A stretch of DNA of 38,210 nt from a virus (taxonomy: Duplodnaviria > Caudoviricetes): IMG/VR virus record IMGVR_UViG_3300044728_000098, positions 1 through 38,210 of that record. One strand, written 5' to 3'. Positions within the stretch are counted from its first letter, which is position 1. Each line of letters starts with the position of its first letter. Below, piece by piece: positions 34,906-38,210 of this stretch. Position numbers and translations under genes: made by a program. The notes under the pieces are model-generated. The model was not told the origin of the DNA, made no database searches, and saw only the letters and a program-made list of their open reading frames with translations.

Positions 34906-35239
34906 TGTACCCTACTAGATCAAGGAAACGAAAGAATAGCTCACTTGCTTCTTCTTCTCTCTCCCTGTTATAATCGTCTGACTCTCCAAGTAGGAACTTG
35001 AATTCTGAACCAAACTGATCTTGAATTTTGAGCAGGTACATTGTTTCAGTTCCATCATCAGTACCTCTAGTGATAGAACCGAAATCAAACTCCTCAACTT
35101 TGCTTATTACTTGCAATGGTATGGAGTTCCCCGAGGACAACCTTGAACCATCTGGCAAGCTGCCATTCCGATCCTTCATCCAATAGCCATTCCAATTGAT
35201 GTATCGACCCGCTTTTCTTAAAATATTCTGAAATATCAT
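34898..35239 (-). CDS. Acidic hypothetical protein (true start probably further downstream)
   Basis: C-terminal half fills the gap; N-terminal half overlaps 35094..35360. Confidence 0.55.
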   Translation of the reverse strand: MIFQNILRKAGRYINWNGYWMKDRNGSLPDGSRLSSGNSIPLQVISKVEEFDFGSITRGTDDGTETMYLLKIQDQFGSEFKFLLGESDDYNREREEEASELFFRFLDLVGYNG

Positions 35240-35360
35240 CGGTTCTCATTTCGTCTAGGTTTAGTATTTTCGCTGTTGGGTTTCTTTTAATCGTACGCAC
35301 AATGGCGTCATTCATTTCGATTCGTAGGACTTCAGAAATGTCAAAGTCACTAGCCATCAT
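35094..35360 (-). CDS. Hypothetical protein
   Basis: AAAGGAGAGG SD; ATGA overlap. Confidence 0.7.
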   Translation of the reverse strand: MMASDFDISEVLRIEMNDAIVRTIKRNPTAKILNLDEMRTDDISEYFKKSGSIHQLEWLLDEGSEWQLARWFKVVLGELHTIASNKQS

Positions 35361-35620
35361 TTTGCCTCTCCTTTCTTTGAGATGTGGTATTCGTAGGTGA
35401 ATGGTGTTCTGATTTTCAACACAGGAAGAACAATGGGAGTGAAGTTATCTTCATCTCCAAACCATTGTCCCCCACATTCTTCTATTCCGTAACAAGTGTG
35501 AGGTTCATCCTCTGGATGACCAATTGGAAGTCCACAGATGCAGGCTTCAATCTTTGCACCGCACATTACGTATTCCGCTGCATTGATAACGATTACTTCG
35601 TCATCGTCGTAGTTTTCCAT
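35357..35620 (-). CDS. Cys/His-rich small protein
   Basis: C...CIC...H...H.C...C; GAAGGGA SD. Confidence 0.65.
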   Translation of the reverse strand: MENYDDDEVIVINAAEYVMCGAKIEACICGLPIGHPEDEPHTCYGIEECGGQWFGDEDNFTPIVLPVLKIRTPFTYEYHISKKGEAK

Positions 35621-36210
35621 GTATTCCCTTCTCTGTAATTCATCAATCGACCGAACACTACAGCCTGAGCAATTGCATCACTCAAAGCATCGTGTGGCAT
35701 TTCTGGTACGGGCTCAAACCAATCAGGAAGTTCTGATCTATCACAGTCAAATGGAAGGCCAAGAACTCCACATGCATAGGATTTAACATCCACAGTCCTG
35801 TAGTTGAATGGATTGTCTAACCCTGCGTTCTTGAAGAACAATTGACAGTATGGGTAATCAAAAGATGCAGGCCAACCTACAAACATAAGGTTCCCACCTT
35901 CACCTTTAATTGCCCAGAGCCAATCGTAAAATTCCTCTGCTGCATTAAGCAGCTGGGTTTTATACGGAACTACATGAGAGGCAAGAGCATTGATTCTATG
36001 TCTTGCATCTGTTTGATCTGGATGAATCCACCAATCATATGTTGCAGGTTCCCATTCAATATCAGAGGTTTGAATCCCTCCCATAACTGAATGGAATGTA
36101 TGTTCATATCCTTCATCATCCATTAATACGGCACCCACACTAAGTAGGCTATAGGTATTTGGTATCAGACTTGCAGTCTCCACGTCAACTGAAATGTAAT
36201 ATGTGGTCAT
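35593..36210 (-). CDS. DEDDh 3'-5' exonuclease (Rv2179c/RNase AS-like)
   Basis: SVDVET, ASFDY, HDALSDA. Confidence 0.88.
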   Translation of the reverse strand: MTTYYISVDVETASLIPNTYSLLSVGAVLMDDEGYEHTFHSVMGGIQTSDIEWEPATYDWWIHPDQTDARHRINALASHVVPYKTQLLNAAEEFYDWLWAIKGEGGNLMFVGWPASFDYPYCQLFFKNAGLDNPFNYRTVDVKSYACGVLGLPFDCDRSELPDWFEPVPEMPHDALSDAIAQAVVFGRLMNYREGNTWKTTTMTK

Positions 36211-36386
36211 GAGTTTTCCTCATTCCACTTATTTGTCCAGGTCATGATTTTACTGATATCTTCCTCAGCTTCTCCTGGATCAACCCATTGTTGTCCCAAT
36301 ACTTCAACAGTATGGTCTGGATTGAGTAGGACTATCTTGTAGCAACCTGATTCTTCATCGAATTCAATTGCGTATGTTTGTTCCAT
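36207..36386 (-). CDS. 59 aa acidic protein (not in ORF track)
   Basis: TAATG and ATGA couplings; MEQTYAIEFDEESGCYKIVLL... Confidence 0.65.
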   Translation of the reverse strand: MEQTYAIEFDEESGCYKIVLLNPDHTVEVLGQQWVDPGEAEEDISKIMTWTNKWNEENS

Positions 36387-36595
36387 TATTGCTTAACTCC
36401 GTTTCTAAAGCAAATCGCATCTGGAAATGCTTTCTTGATTTCACGAAAGGCTGTATCAAACACTCTGTCAAAGTAGTTCTCCAGCTTATAATTTGCCTCC
36501 ATTACTTCCTCAGTAGTGAAATCTGTAGACAAACCTTTAACTGAGATTTGTTCGGAACGTAGAGTGTATGAAACTTCTGTGTTATTCTTACCCAT
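36386..36595 (-). CDS. Small hypothetical protein
   Basis: TAATG coupling; GGAGG upstream. Confidence 0.7.
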   Translation of the reverse strand: MGKNNTEVSYTLRSEQISVKGLSTDFTTEEVMEANYKLENYFDRVFDTAFREIKKAFPDAICFRNGVKQ

Positions 36596-37044
36596 TAACC
36601 TTGCCTCCAGGGTACTAATCCGGATATTTCGTAGGCTACTTTAACCGCACATGCTTGGCTAAATTTCTGTCGATCAGATAGCCCATAAATGCTTGCAACT
36701 CCTGTAATTCCGCAACGCTCAATGAGAGTGTCTCGGTAGGAGGATTTAGGCGAAAGCCAAAGTGAAATGTAGACTTGCCAGTATCCATAGCAACAGAATG
36801 TTCTGACGTCATTTCTACAGTTAGATTCCCTCCATCCAAGGCTATCGAAAATCTCTGGCAATCCGACATATTTCCTATACCACTCCATTTCTTCACAACC
36901 TACCAAACCCTCTGGATTGAATTCTTTTGGAGGGGGTGGTGGTAACGGGGTTTCTTGATACATATTACCTACTCTAACTGCTGGACGCAAATTAGAATCT
37001 ACAGGGGTAATAAGTGATAGTAATACCACTATGAGGTTAATCAA
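36595..37044 (-). CDS. Secreted lysozyme-like / lytic transglycosylase (SLT/Rpf-like) protein
   Basis: N-terminal hydrophobic signal, poly-Pro linker, WRESNC catalytic Glu motif, YGYWQV, terminal G..PW. Confidence 0.7.
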   Translation of the reverse strand: MINLIVVLLSLITPVDSNLRPAVRVGNMYQETPLPPPPPKEFNPEGLVGCEEMEWYRKYVGLPEIFDSLGWRESNCRNDVRTFCCYGYWQVYISLWLSPKSSYRDTLIERCGITGVASIYGLSDRQKFSQACAVKVAYEISGLVPWRQG

Positions 37045-37361
37045 GGGCGATTACTTTTCAGTCGTTCAACCTCGGACTGGAGTTTCTCAATTTGAGCATG
37101 TATCTGAGTCTGCCTATTTGCACAGAACTGCAATACATCTCTTTGAGCAACTCCAGCTGTAGGTGATACAGGCTCATTAGAATGAACTCTGTCCGCAAGC
37201 TTATGAAATTCCTCAGAAAGTTCCTTAGCTTTCTGAACCTCCCTCATTGCTTCACCTACTTTTTCATCCCAGTAGGTTCGTTCTTGTGAAAGTGATCGCT
37301 CCATCATTTTGTATCCCCGTTCTGTAGCAGATATTGAACTCTCCATTGTGAACGAGTCCAA
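37041..37361 (-). CDS. Coiled-coil hypothetical protein
   Basis: Heptad-like C-terminus; tiles in the operon. Confidence 0.65.
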   Translation of the reverse strand: MDSFTMESSISATERGYKMMERSLSQERTYWDEKVGEAMREVQKAKELSEEFHKLADRVHSNEPVSPTAGVAQRDVLQFCANRQTQIHAQIEKLQSEVERLKSNRP

Positions 37362-37615
37362 CCATCAGTATCTCTGTAAAACTCAGGGTACTTGTACGAA
37401 CCCTTTTCGATGTTTCCGTATCTATCCACGATTTGTGTACGGATAGTACCGCATTGCGAACAACGCATTGTAAGATACCATCCACCACCTTTGGGATTTC
37501 TTTCTGCTTCTGTCTCTACCCAATCGTGGTTAAATGGAGGTCTACAATCCCTAAAAGAAACGGGAGTTGCTCGACCTTTCTTTACTTTGTTGACGGACTT
37601 TCTATCGCCTCTCAT
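37304..37615 (-). CDS. Zinc-ribbon-like hypothetical protein
   Basis: C....HDW...CSQCGT; ATGA overlap. Confidence 0.7.
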   Translation of the reverse strand: MRGDRKSVNKVKKGRATPVSFRDCRPPFNHDWVETEAERNPKGGGWYLTMRCSQCGTIRTQIVDRYGNIEKGSYKYPEFYRDTDGWTRSQWRVQYLLQNGDTK

Positions 37616-37935
37616 TGGATAGCCCTCAACATAGCCTTACGAAGTTCTGCCACTTCCTCAAACCTTTCGTAAAAGACTCTAGGGTCTGGGAATAGAATCT
37701 TTGTTGCCTTCTCCACTCGCTCAAAGATATCATCTGCTGTAGGCTTTGTAACTCTGGAAACTTTGGTAGGCTTGATAGCCTCCAATTTCGCAGCCTTATT
37801 TGCCCTTATAGTTGCCAATCTCTTGGCAACTCGTGCAGCCTTTTCCTCTTGAGGAATATGCTTCACTTGATGTGCATTGATACCTTGTGGCTTTTCTGAT
37901 GTGAAGTCGCAACCAGGATGGTCGCATTTGTACAT
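37612..37935 (-). CDS. C2H2 zinc-finger protein with basic helix
   Basis: YKCDHPGCDFTSEKPQGINAHQVKH is a C-x4-C-x12-H-x3-H finger. Confidence 0.8.
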   Translation of the reverse strand: MYKCDHPGCDFTSEKPQGINAHQVKHIPQEEKAARVAKRLATIRANKAAKLEAIKPTKVSRVTKPTADDIFERVEKATKILFPDPRVFYERFEEVAELRKAMLRAIQ

Positions 37936-38210
37936 TTATCTCATCCATTTCTCGTATTTGACTCTGACTTGATCCACTGAAAAGTTATTCAATGCTTGAT
38001 TGATTGACAGTGGCTTTTGGACTGCATAGAATATATATCCATGCTGTTGTTTTACTTCTTCTACCTCCCTTTGGCTTGCTTTGATTAAGATTGAATAGAG
38101 TTGCTTGTCTGTTACAAAATCTGGAGCGTCATCAATTTGCGGCATATATGCAAGCATTGAATTGATGGTAACATATTGCTCCATTGTTTGAAAATGGCTA
38201 TTAATGCGAC
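37936..38210 (-). CDS. 3' part of the junction-spanning hypothetical protein
   Basis: Frame is open to the window end and continuous with 280..1. Confidence 0.75.
   Translation of the reverse strand, partial: RINSHFQTMEQYVTINSMLAYMPQIDDAPDFVTDKQLYSILIKASQREVEEVKQQHGYIFYAVQKPLSINQALNNFSVDQVRVKYEKWMR

Larger units (their letters stand above)
1..38210. mobile_element. Complete or near-complete podovirus-like bacteriophage genome, probably lytic, probable actinobacterial host
   Basis: Packaging, head, short-tail, lysis and replication modules are all present. No tape measure or integrase seen. WhiB present. An ORF is continuous across the window ends. Confidence 0.93.

Noticed and set aside
721-37672. 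Numerous short alternative-frame and antisense ORFs nested in major genes
   Set aside because: They are shadow ORFs with no SD, motif or tiling support. Only the whiB/resolvase overlap has motifs on both strands.

Overview
This window looks like an essentially complete, circularly permuted, podovirus-like dsDNA phage genome of about 38.2 kb. An open reading frame runs uninterrupted across the end/start junction. The plus-strand late arm (8896-28956) holds a putative TerS, a lysis cassette (amidase, small TM protein, holin), TerL, portal, scaffold, major capsid protein, adaptor, nozzle, a tail fibre with an S74-type chaperone, internal/ejection proteins and a WhiB-like regulator. The minus-strand arm holds many small early genes (several with Cys/His zinc-finger patterns), an SNF2 helicase, a secreted lysozyme-like protein, DEDDh and PD-(D/E)XK exonucleases, a Sak4-like ATPase, an SSB, a primase-helicase, a family A DNA polymerase and a RuvC-like resolvase. 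WhiB and apparently leaderless genes point to an actinobacterial host, although the DNA looks AT-rich. I found no integrase, tape measure, RNA polymerase or reverse transcriptase. The most unusual signals are non-coding: (1) an array of GCAA-N3-TTGC dyads at exact 16-bp spacing upstream of terS; (2) an anticodon-less mini-tRNA ending in CCA; (3) a promoter-driven structured leader with alternative pairings; (4) complementary hairpins bracketing the first early gene; (5) five consecutive internal-protein genes that all start ATG-CCT. All functional calls come from motif recognition by eye, with no database searches.
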